Made by a program: the position numbers and the translations under genes. A DNA stretch of 61,307 nucleotides, counting the filler, from Asterionella formosa (Eukaryota): the NCBI GenBank assembly GCA_002256025.1. It is 18 parts of 18 records of this genome, joined end to end, with 100 filler letters (N's around TTAATTAATTAA, not from the genome) between each part and the next. Parts side by side here need not be neighbours in the genome. Positions count along the whole stretch, not along the records: positions 51,187 to 54,493 come from NKIB01014257.1; positions 54,594 to 57,900 come from NKIB01014259.1; positions 58,001 to 61,307 come from NKIB01014260.1; 15 more parts are not named here. One strand, 5' to 3'. Under the pieces are notes generated by a model. The model ran no database searches, was not told where the DNA came from, and saw only the letters and a list, made by a program, of their open reading frames with translations. Positions 51,187-61,307 of this stretch are shown here, piece after piece. The stretch's first letter is position 1. Each line of letters starts with the position of its first letter.

Positions 51187-53200
51187 ATTGTTGATGGGGA
51201 CACCATCAGCTACATAGGATTCGTAATTGATACTGAAAGCAATGATGACATTTCTTTTTCAGTTGTTGATACAAGAAAAATGGCTCCTGTCGATGATACC
51301 ATTAATAACTCCCGGATGCAGATGGACGACATGGTACCATATCATAAATTTTCTAATTGCACGGACCAACACGTACATGACAAACTGAGGGAAAAACATT
51401 TTGCACTTGCCAAAGGATATTATCAATTGGTCAATGAACTCAATCACTACAAAGGTTGAAATTCGGTTCAAAACTCGTCCATACGAGGTTATCAAGAATA
51501 TTCAATTTCAGCAGCCTTATCAGAACGTCGTTCCCGCTTAGCTAAAATTGAACCATCAATTGTCACAAAGGTTGTGAGTTTCATTTTCAAGACCAAGAAT
51601 TTTTGCTGTGAACGTGTAAGTTTGATGTTATAGTTTGTGAATCATTGCAGGTACTTTAAAACAGAATATCAATCTAATGTGCTTTTTTCTGGTCCCAAAA
51701 GAGAATCAAACATCCAGCCCTGCCTATCTGGTCCAAGTAGTATGAAAGGTATTTCCAATCACAAACAGGATTGGTTTGCCCAATGTTGACCTGCCTAACT
51801 TGGCTATACACAGTGAAACCGGAGTTAGGCAAAGAAGTGGAGAGTGACCCAGAGCTTGCCGATTTCATATGGAATGGTTCTGATGCACTTCTTCCGATGA
51901 ATCAGACCATTGAACGTACCAACAAGGCATGTTTAGATTACATCAAATCAACAATTGGCATGTGCATTAAAAAGTTGAGAGAATGTCAGAATGTATTGAA
52001 TAATCAATTTAAAGGAATCTTAGGTAAGTTCTTGCAGGGAGATGCTCTGAAAGCATGACGTTTTGAGTCGGTGATTATATTCTTATCAAATATGTTTCAA
52101 TTTAAAAATGCTAAAATAATTCATGACATACCAGCTGGTCTAAGAGAATATAGCTAACTTTCAAACTATGGATATTGATGACTTTATGAGGTGGGCGTTC
52201 ACGCTTTATCGTTTTGCGCAGTCAAAGGACATTGACAGGGGAGGCCAAGGCTACCAATACTGGCGTGATGTTCTTGCTTCATTCATTTTTGCATCACGGA
52301 TTTTACCATGAAAACATCAGTTGAGAGAATGTCAGAATGTATTGAATAATCAGTTTAAAGGAATCTTAGGTAAGTTCTTGCAGGGCGGGAGATGCTCTGA
52401 AAGCATGATGTTTTGAGTCGGTGATTATATTCTTATCAAATATGTTTGAATTAAAAGTGCTAACATAATTCATGACACACCAGCTGGTCTAACAGAATAT
52501 AACTTCCAGACTATGGATGTTTATGACTTTATTATGTGAGCGTTCACGCTTTATCGTTTAGCGCAGTCAAATGACATATACAGGGGAAGCCAAGGATACC
52601 AAGTCTGGCGTGATGTTCTTGCTCCAGTGTATTTTATAGGAAGGACAAGCCGTGGAGAACCGTTTTTAACAGGAGAAAATCTGGTGTGACCAAATTTCAA
52701 CTAAGTCTTGGGGAACAGTGTGAATTGCAATCACGTTTTGTTGGTTCGCTGATCAATGCCAGTACAGAAGCCTTTTGCTTCTTGGTGCTGAAAGGAAAAT
52801 TCCGATTGCAACAAAAATATTTGGGTTTCAATCCAGATACTACGCATGAAATTTCAGAGAACGATATTCGTCATTCCACTGATTCTGTCGACATTGGTGG
52901 GAAACCACTTATCAAAAAAGTGTGAGGGAAGAAAGTTCAGTTTCAAATGGTCTCACTGATCAATGAACTGATGATAATGATTTACTCGGTTATTATAAGG
53001 AAATCTACACTGGACTTTCTCAAAAGAATCGATCGGAATATGGAAGGAATCCTAGTGGAATTGCTACTTCCACAACAAATATCATCTACCCACACTCATA
53101 CTTGTTCTCATTTCCCAATGTAAGTGAAGAGGATATGTGTCAATATGTTGAACCACTTCAACCAAATGTTCCTGAGAAGAATATTGATTACAATGAACGC
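51187..53200 (+). repeat. Decayed multi-copy element shared with two other contigs
   Basis: About 51193-51339 matches 9525-9679, and about 51452-51627 matches the reverse complement of about 58615-58790. Only broken ORFs remain. Confidence 0.7.
51973..52624 (+). repeat. Direct duplication of about 305 bp
   Basis: AGTTGAGAGAATGTCAGAATG...CTGGCGTGATGTTCTTGCT at about 51973-52279 and 52319-52623. Confidence 0.9.
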
Positions 53201-54806
53201 ATGAATCAACGGGACATTGATGACGACTTTGATTTTGAATGGATCTAATAGAATCCAATGCATGCTTAGTAGTTACATAATAAATATAGTTAGTGTGAGA
53301 CTTCTACAATGCACAAACCATATCATAGATGTTAGGAAAACATTGATGTTGGTCTATACTACTAGTAGTGCCGCCTGTACTGTATGTAGCGGTATACCTC
53401 CATTTTTACTACTATGGTGGAGTGATAATTTCACGACTCTGTATTGTCCAGCACAGCATGATCGGAGTGATGCTAAATTTATCATTATATATTCATTCAT
53501 TTTCATTCTATCCTGTTCATTTCCTGACTTTGTCATCATTTGAAATTTGCAATGTCTTTGCGGACATTGCAATGGTGTTATCTGCATAACTACAAATTTC
53601 GGAAGAACAAATCCCCATCTGAGTCTCACAACCGAAATTGTAGCAACCGTGTTTTCTATGCATATGGTCACTGTCGACATTGCATGCAAGAACATCGAGT
53701 TCCTGTAATACATAATGAAACTATGTATTGCGGTAGTGCGCGCATCGAATCATTCAAGGAAAGAAGTTAATGGCAGTGTAACTGCTGCAGCATTTAGGGA
53801 GAGTAGACAACAAGAAGAGATTATGTGTCCTATCCTTGAATCAAGTGGCCACAATCATCCATTTCATGACGACAGCGACGATTCAGTTTATAACAATATT
53901 CAGTAACAACAAGACAAACAATTGAGACTAATACCTCTCCAAGGATTGAATTCAGAAACCATGCAATATACAGTTTTTCAAGATCATACCTGCTTTCTCC
54001 CTGAAAATGCAATGGAAATGCCCCTTCCTCGGCTCCTCAATTTCAACATCCAAGTAAGCATTCTCTAAACATACGCGCATCCAATCGAATTAGAACTCAT
54101 GATATTCCTTAACGAGAACTACCTACCTTCCACCAGTTTACTTTGATCATCTAATGAAATGGCTGTTCAAGGCAAAAGCAATGAAATATTTTGATGGAAG
54201 GTATCAAGCTCCATCCTACCAGACTTTGAAAAAACGCATACTTTATGATTGATTTATTGATTTTCTATGATGTATCGATAACACTTACGTACATATTTTA
54301 TCGTATTTTATTATCATTGTATTATCTTAACACGATCATATTTTTTTGATCAAACTTTTATCATGAACATTCTAAGAAATCATCATAGTTCTATGATCAA
54401 TGTATCATCGCTATGTGATATACTTTATTCAATATTATGTATAATACTTTGGTGATGTATGCATCGATGTAACCCTATCGTGATATCACATTANNNNNNN
54501 NNNNNNNNNNNNNNNNNNNNNNNNNNNNNNNNNNNNNTTAATTAATTAANNNNNNNNNNNNNNNNNNNNNNNNNNNNNNNNNNNNNNNNNNNNACCCGAA
54601 TATCCGGGGTTTCAAGATTCCTTAAAAACGCGGGAAAATAATTTGACACCTGGAATATGATCGAAAGATGATGAGAACAAACTGTTCAAACACTATCCTT
54701 GCCGATCAAGGCGCTCGTGCGTATCATTGCGTTGCTCGACGTCCTCCTGAAGATTCATCTCATGCGTTCGATGACGATACCCGCAATTAACATAAAGCGA
54801 GCGAAA

Positions 54807-56303
54807 ATGATTGCGGGGCCATGGTACCTGCTTGCTCTTATGATATTGAGCATTTCGTTTTCAGTAGCGGCCTCAAGTAGTGTGAAGCGAACAAGCAGCG
54901 CGTTCGTAGAATCATCATCATTGCTTCAAATGCAACATCAACCAACGTTCTTTGTGAAACGAGCAATATCTATCCGAGGAGGGGACGAAAATAATCAATC
55001 AGAATCGGTCATTGGTGGAGTTTTGACTGGCCTACTGGTTGGACTTGGAAAAGCTACACTTGCCACAGTATCGGCAGTTCAACGGGCTATTTCGGCTGCT
55101 TTTGAATCAGATGAGATGGAAGAATTGGAGGAATCATCTGCGGTGACCAAAATATTGAGAACTCTCGGCAGAATGTGGAACGCTGCCGTGGACTTTCCAC
55201 CTGGAAATGATGGGGAGGAAGAAGGTGCATTCAACACAAATTCGAAGGAATCAATTTCCCCCGGTTCCACCAAAGCTTATTCGGAACCGATAACTGAGTT
55301 TGGTGGGTTCCTCTCGAAGAGTTATGGAGTAGATAGGGAAGAGGGAGCATCAACAGTGCTCGGTGGCACCATCGGAGATGCGCTTCGTGATGCTAGATCA
55401 AAGGCCCGGTTGCTGCTTGTGTTCATTCCAGCTGAGCGACCATCAAGCAAACGAAAAAAGACTTCGGATCAACTAGCTATCCAAAGCTTGTTGAGTCAAG
55501 GAGTGACACAAGCATCTAATAAGCCTTCTAGGAAGAAGGCTACGACTGGTTCATTTTTGCTGTGGGGCGCAAAGGCTTCGTCTCCAGAAGCCATGACGGC
55601 CATGAAACGACTAAAGGTCAAACAACCAAAAGGGGGAAACCGACCAAGCTTGGTGGTAGTATATCCTGCCCAAGTATTAGACTCTTCAGGGCAGCCAAAA
55701 CTGGTACCCAGGTTGTTGGCACAACATCACTGTAGTCCACCTCCTACTCCTGAGTCAATGGCAGCCTGGCTCAATGCATTGAGGAAGCGTCACGCAAAGC
55801 AATTTGCATCCATGCAGCACGAGTTGAAGGAGGTTCAACTTTACAAAGAACGTCAGCATGGGTACCGAAGTAGTGTCCAGAATGACCTTAAACGACAAGA
55901 ACAGGAGCAGCGAGCTGAAGAAGAGAGACTAGCCAAAGAAGCGACAGAACAAGCGCGACAAGAACGCTTGTCGCAGAGGCGAGTAGAATTGCTAGCCTCG
56001 CTCCCCCCTGAGCCACCAAAGGAATTTTCCTTTACAATCGCTCTTCGTTTCGCCAATGGAAACTCTGGACAACGTCGGTTTGCACCAGACACGCTACTCA
56101 CAGTTGTCTTTAGTTGGGTCGACGCCATGTATGACATGGAGCGTGAACTTGTGGTGCTAACCACCATGAACGGTCAAAAATCCTTCGCATGGGATGATTT
56201 AGGCACATTGACACTTGAGAAGGCAGGATTGGGCCGAATGACCGGACTACGAGTCTCGCAAAAGACTGATGTCGATGACAAGCTAGAGGATGAACCTGTT
56301 TAA
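54807..56303 (+). CDS. UAS, coiled-coil and UBX protein (FAF1/FAF2-like Cdc48 cofactor) with an N-terminal signal peptide
   Basis: Probable ATG at 54807. Signal peptide plus Ser-rich leader, UAS-like ALRDARSKARLLLVFI, a charged coiled coil, and UBX IALRFANG..GQRRF...VFSWV. Confidence 0.8.
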   Translation: MIAGPWYLLALMILSISFSVAASSSVKRTSSAFVESSSLLQMQHQPTFFVKRAISIRGGDENNQSESVIGGVLTGLLVGLGKATLATVSAVQRAISAAFESDEMEELEESSAVTKILRTLGRMWNAAVDFPPGNDGEEEGAFNTNSKESISPGSTKAYSEPITEFGGFLSKSYGVDREEGASTVLGGTIGDALRDARSKARLLLVFIPAERPSSKRKKTSDQLAIQSLLSQGVTQASNKPSRKKATTGSFLLWGAKASSPEAMTAMKRLKVKQPKGGNRPSLVVVYPAQVLDSSGQPKLVPRLLAQHHCSPPPTPESMAAWLNALRKRHAKQFASMQHELKEVQLYKERQHGYRSSVQNDLKRQEQEQRAEEERLAKEATEQARQERLSQRRVELLASLPPEPPKEFSFTIALRFANGNSGQRRFAPDTLLTVVFSWVDAMYDMERELVVLTTMNGQKSFAWDDLGTLTLEKAGLGRMTGLRVSQKTDVDDKLEDEPV

Positions 56304-56381
56304 TTTAGTGGCCAAAATAGTATAAACAAAGTTGTCATCAATCTCGCCGACAGCATTAGCGACATGGTGTTCGATTACACG

Positions 56382-57533
56382 TTACAAAAGTTGTGCTCCA
56401 ACCTTGGCATTTCCTTCTGCCTTCATAAACTGCTCACGAAGGCTGTATACGTATTGCATAACTTGAATTTCCACTGGTGTCATAGCCAGCGTATTGAAAA
56501 AGTCCACATGCAAGACAACTCTTTCTTGAGTAGGATGATCATTAAATGTTTCGTGCTCATACGTAGTATCGTACAACAAGCACTCTCCAGCCTTCCATCG
56601 GTTTGTGATGGGTCCAACTCGAATATACGCCGCATCCCCCTCTGGCACAATAATTCCCATTTGACATGTTAACCACATGTTATTCCCATCACTGTGTAAT
56701 GGAATCCCACTCTGAGGCTGTTGTCGATTGAAACCAGCGATTCTCCCTGCCAGAGGATAGGATTCCAAAATACTGGTCGTGACCGGAGCTAGATGATAAG
56801 GGAAGTCGTTGATCCGGTGACCGTTGTAAAACAAAACGACTGTTTGCCATCCTGCGTCATAATTCATGGATGTGACCGATTGAAAGCGGTTCTTGCCTCC
56901 TTGTCGTTCCATATCTTGCACCAAAGCGTGATATTCTTGCTTAATGATTTCATAGTTTTCCGTCAACTTTTGACACAGCGTCAATTGCGTAGGATCATAA
57001 AATGGCTTGGTGGGTCCCAATCCAGGCATGTAGGCATGAATCTCTCGATGCGGGCGGAAAGGGTCCTCAATGATAGTGTCTTCCAAGGGCAGGATTGGAT
57101 CCAGGGCGTGTCGCACCACTCCTGCCACGCGTTTAAGTTGTGAGTCTGGCACGTTTGGAAACTTGGCGGCAATCAAACTGGGCATGAGTTGCCAAAACGG
57201 GTCGTCGTTGGGTGGCGATTCAGCCACTGCACGGCCAATGCATGTTCTGGACGATGCTTGTTGAAGGGAGTCTATCATTTGGTCTTGTTGCGATTTGACA
57301 AATGGTATGTTGGGAGAGGGGTCCTTCTTTGGCGGCACTGAATCGTCGAGTTGGTCAGCAAGAGAGGGTCGCTTTTTCTTTTTCGAAGCAGGAGGGCTCT
57401 TCTTATCAAAGCCTTTTGCAGCAGCAAGCTCAAACGGAGCTGCTTGAATGTATCCAGCGAAACGGACAAGAAAAGCATGGCATGATTGGATCGTTGCCGC
57501 CAGGAGTAGTATACGAGCAACTGTCGTGTTCAT
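56382..57533 (-). CDS. Aspartyl/asparaginyl beta-hydroxylase-like 2OG-Fe(II) dioxygenase, probably plastid-targeted
   Basis: IPLHSD, LYDTTYEHETFN and RVVLHVDF. The signal peptide ends CHA-FLV, resembling ASAFAP. Confidence 0.85.
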   Translation of the reverse strand: MNTTVARILLLAATIQSCHAFLVRFAGYIQAAPFELAAAKGFDKKSPPASKKKKRPSLADQLDDSVPPKKDPSPNIPFVKSQQDQMIDSLQQASSRTCIGRAVAESPPNDDPFWQLMPSLIAAKFPNVPDSQLKRVAGVVRHALDPILPLEDTIIEDPFRPHREIHAYMPGLGPTKPFYDPTQLTLCQKLTENYEIIKQEYHALVQDMERQGGKNRFQSVTSMNYDAGWQTVVLFYNGHRINDFPYHLAPVTTSILESYPLAGRIAGFNRQQPQSGIPLHSDGNNMWLTCQMGIIVPEGDAAYIRVGPITNRWKAGECLLYDTTYEHETFNDHPTQERVVLHVDFFNTLAMTPVEIQVMQYVYSLREQFMKAEGNAKVGAQLL

Positions 57534-58200
57534 GGTGACGACAAGCAATTCGCAAAGATCCTAGAGCAGTGCATCATGTCAACAAATACCGCTACCGGTA
57601 TATAAATTCACGTGAGGCATCATCGTGACCATCAGCCATCAAGCGGCGGAATGCTGTTCCTCGGCGGTTCCCTATGCAGGCAGCAGCAGGAAATTCCCCG
57701 ACGCAGGCGAAACTGGATTGCTTCCACGTGGAAGCACTATTGTCCAATGATCGCTCAGTTTTTGAATATACAGTACGGTACAGTATTAGTTCCGCCCCCC
57801 CCATCGAAATTCTTCAACACGCACGACCTGCCACAGAGAGCACCTGGCACCACCATTACATTTCGGCCTTCGTTGACACTGGAAAGAGTAGGGCCTAATT
57901 NNNNNNNNNNNNNNNNNNNNNNNNNNNNNNNNNNNNNNNNNNNNTTAATTAATTAANNNNNNNNNNNNNNNNNNNNNNNNNNNNNNNNNNNNNNNNNNNN
58001 GTAATAACCTACATAACATGAAAACTGGGAAGAGGGAGCTTTTTTACCGGTAAGTGTGAGTTCTTCATGTGATGTGTACAACCGTAAAACTTTGATCTCA
58101 GATGGATGACATTAGACACCACAAATATCCTTACTATTTCATTAAGTAAAATGCGTGTTGTGAATGTATTAGCCTCAAGAGCAGGATCTTGGTTGAACTT

Positions 58201-58580
58201 TCAAATGAATTATTTGAAACATCAACTAATTCAGTCTTGCGTTCAAAATTCATTGTGAAAACTTCACATGAAACCGTTAAAAGTAACCTTTTTACGTGAA
58301 GAGTGGCATTAATGCATGTGAAGTACCACATAATTAACACTCGTACGTAAACGAAATTTCGAAAAGTCAAATGAATTATTTGAAACATCAACTAATTCAG
58401 TCTCGCGTTCAAAATTCATTGTGAAAACTTCACATGAAGCAGTTAAAACTTCACATGAAACCGTTAAAAGTAATGTTTTTTACGTGAAGAGTGGCATTAA
58501 TGCATGTGAAGTACCACATGATTAACACTCATACGTAGACGAAATTTCGAAAAGTGGCGTATTTCGCGGCTTAGATGTAG
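58201..58580 (+). repeat. Tandem duplication of about 166-188 bp, ending in a candidate transposon terminus
   Basis: Units at 58201-58366 and 58367-58554, then CGCGGCTTAGATGTAG at 58565-58580. The same 13-mer core occurs at 17203-17215. Confidence 0.75.
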
Positions 58581-59932
58581 ATTGATATTCTGTTTTACAG
58601 TACCTGCAATTCACGATCAAACTTACATGTTCACAGCAAAACTTCTTGGTCTTGAAAATAAAACTTACAACATTTGTGACAATTGATGGTTCAATTTTAG
58701 CTAAGCTGGAACGACGTTCTGATAAGGCTGCTGAAACTGAAGATTCTTGATAACCTTGTATGGACGAGTTTTGAACCGAATTACGACCTTGCCTAAATGA
58801 TTCACATGTATTGCTATTGTTGTCGTTGAGGTCACATGTTGTACCACAGTCTGCATCGCCTGATTGCTGTTATTAGTCGAATTCTGTTAGTCACCAAGAG
58901 GAATGGTATTTTTTTGATCGATGCATCCATTACTTCCATCAGATCTTCGTTTGGGTTGTTGTAGTATGGTGGTTCTGGCTGTGGTCATCAGCACATCTTC
59001 CTCCTTGGAAGTTGATCATCAGTTTTTCGAATCAGAGATAAATCGCCAAACATAGAAACTGATGGCTGCATTGTTAGATTCATTCATACTGCTACTAGTC
59101 CTATTCACTGGGAAGCGACGACCTTTTGTCCATGCATGGTGGAGAGGAATACCCTTTCTACCAGCACACTACATAAGAAATCCTGTAGGTATGTAGTTTT
59201 TTTAAAATACATGTATTTCGGCCTTAATATGCTGTTACGATTTCCACCACGGTGAAACTATGAAAAGCTTGTATTGGATGATATTCTCATGACAAATAAA
59301 GGAAAACCTTGAATTTGACTGATACCCGGAGTTGTTTTCACCTTGTAGGTATTGGACTGGACATGAGGACAATTCGCCAATGAATGTGAATCTTGTATTG
59401 AAAAAATCAAATGGCTGATACCGGTACCTGGATTTGGAGCACGAAAACCGGTTGAAAAGAACGTACCAAAATTGTCAACAAAGCAGTAGACCGGTACTTT
59501 CGTTTCCTTTCTGGGTTCGTGATTCAAAGAGTGCCGCGACTAAACTTTCGTTGACGATAATTTCAAAGATTCGACAATCAAGAATAGTGATGTGTACACT
59601 CTACCCGAACATGAGTATGTTATTGTTATGGGAATACATACACCTACCGGTAAATTATGACATACGGACAAGTTACAATACCGTGTATACTGGTAGCCTT
59701 TTTATGCTCGAAGATTCGCAATTCGAGATTCGAACATTCGTACATCCGGGTATTATGCACGTGGACTGTAGTATATTTCCGAACTTCTGTACCTATGCCC
59801 ATGTTGTCGGGCGACGATGCAAGAATTGTCACGACTTACCTTTCAACAACATTGTTCGTTGACAGTGGTTTGCGAGGTACACACAAATATCTATTTTCTT
59901 TCTTATATTCATTCAATTCAAGCGTCAAGAAC

Positions 59933-61111
59933 ATGGATGTTAGTGCTGCAGAACTTCCGATTGGAATTGCACAAGCAGAACTTCGTGATGAGCCCACGAT
60001 TGTCTACTGCTCTCCTGATTCCCCCACTGTTGCGAACTATCCAATTGCGCTTGCTTTGCCTTTCAAAGAAGTCACATTAGTTCCGCCGTCCTCTACCGAT
60101 ACAGAGGCACCTCCAGAAGCCGCTGTGCTCTCCGTAGAGGAGCCAGCAGGATATTCGACTCAACCGAACTCTTCCGAGTCCAATCCTTCCGACTGGAACG
60201 AAATTGATACTCCGGATCCGTGGACTCAACGAGATAATGAAAACAAGAATTGTTCCATTGTTCGAAACAAAACTTGCCTCGTGAGTGCCTTGCTCAGTAT
60301 TGTCTTGTTGGTGGTGTTAGTTTCGAGAGCCATAAAGCAGCATAACACTTATGTGCAAGGTGCCACTAACCACATACCCAGCGATTATATTTACAGCTGG
60401 AATGTTCTTGAGCGTGGCGTAATGCCACTTCGATCCGGACAACCTGGTTGGGCCACAGATCCGAAGGATTGTGTACAGCGTTGCGTAAAGAAAAATTCTC
60501 AAAACCAAGCAATTGTATGGCTCAACGTGTCAAAACTTCGAACCTTTATCAATATTGGAAATTGTTTTTGTCATGATACAAGTACCTGCGTTTTCAATTC
60601 CAGTTACGTTATTCCTGGAATAGGCATGTCTGTCAAGCCGCTCCCAAGAAAATGTAAACGTTACGAAATCCAAGGGGGGGACTACGATTTCAGTGGTGCA
60701 AATCCCGAAACATTCGAAGGAACGGTTTATAGATTTGACAAACATTATGTTTACATTTCGTATCCAACCTCATATGGAAATGATTATTCTTTTTATTCAT
60801 ATCCAGATATCTTCGGCAAACTTTCGAGCTCTGATTTTGCGTTCCTTCAAGCATATGAACTTTCCCAATTCAAAGTCTCAACAACTGTCTTGCCTATTCC
60901 CAACTCCTACGAATATGCTGACTACGGTTTTGGTTTGACACTCAACGTTTTGCTTACTGTGGAGGTTCCAGGAGTAGAAGCTGTGATTGAGTTAACCTCA
61001 TTGAAAGAAGACCCCTACTATTTACCTCCTCTTGTCGCTCCTAATTTTGCGCCTCTTATCGCTCCTAATTTGGCGCCTACTTATTTCACTTCCTCTGTTC
61101 CCATTGGATAG
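59933..61111 (+). CDS. Single-pass membrane protein of unknown function
   Basis: Probable ATG at 59933. Acidic/Pro-rich N-terminus, TM helix CLVSALLSIVLLVVLV, a Cys-containing domain and APN repeats. Confidence 0.6.
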   Translation: MDVSAAELPIGIAQAELRDEPTIVYCSPDSPTVANYPIALALPFKEVTLVPPSSTDTEAPPEAAVLSVEEPAGYSTQPNSSESNPSDWNEIDTPDPWTQRDNENKNCSIVRNKTCLVSALLSIVLLVVLVSRAIKQHNTYVQGATNHIPSDYIYSWNVLERGVMPLRSGQPGWATDPKDCVQRCVKKNSQNQAIVWLNVSKLRTFINIGNCFCHDTSTCVFNSSYVIPGIGMSVKPLPRKCKRYEIQGGDYDFSGANPETFEGTVYRFDKHYVYISYPTSYGNDYSFYSYPDIFGKLSSSDFAFLQAYELSQFKVSTTVLPIPNSYEYADYGFGLTLNVLLTVEVPGVEAVIELTSLKEDPYYLPPLVAPNFAPLIAPNLAPTYFTSSVPIG

Positions 61112-61307
61112 CCAAATCTCGCCTATTGCTCAAACTGTTATCAAACCTGCTGACCAACCTGTGTATGCTCCTTAATCAGTCCCTATTCATTTCACTCCCT
61201 CTGCTCCCATTGGATATCTAATCACGCGTTTTGCTCAACCAATTAACCATCCTGCTGACCAACCTGTTTATGCTCCTTAGTCGGCCCCTATTGATTTCAC
61301 TCCCTCT
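61085..61307 (+). repeat. Tandem repeat of about 105 bp
   Basis: TTCACT(T/C)CCTCT at 61085, 61191 and 61296; CCTGCTGACCAACCTGT occurs twice. Confidence 0.85.

Noticed and set aside
3323..58000. Regularly spaced TTAATTAATTAA within N runs, and ORFs running into X stretches or ending LIN
   Set aside because: These are artificial contig separators; the 3.4-kb periodicity reflects roughly size-sorted contigs.

Overview
This is not one locus. It is 18 unrelated contigs of about 3.3 kb each (3303-3322 bp), joined by 17 artificial 100-bp linkers (N44-TTAATTAATTAA-N44), so adjacency across a linker carries no biological meaning. The DNA is eukaryotic and most likely from a diatom, judged from CoDi-type Ty1/Copia sequences, short GT-AG introns and bipartite signal-plus-Phe presequences. 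Host genes: a WSCD-like sulfotransferase, an LRR protein, two alpha2delta/CACHD1-like VWA-Cache paralogs, a GT77-like glycosyltransferase, a proline iminopeptidase-like hydrolase, a GPR180/TMEM145-like protein, a WD40 protein, a divergent BUD31, a FRA10AC1 relic, a signal-peptide UAS-UBX protein and an AspH-like dioxygenase. The most striking structure is the 3' half of a dead Copia element, assembled four times, whose 3'UTR-PPT-LTR start is followed 190 bp later by an inverted copy of itself, implying a tail-to-tail palindrome that could produce hairpin RNA. A second palindrome mirrors the promoter of one VWA-Cache gene. Both are perfect for exactly 127 bp at the contig edge, consistent with a k=127 assembler overlap, so the real arms probably extend further. 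All family calls come from motif recognition only; no searches were run.
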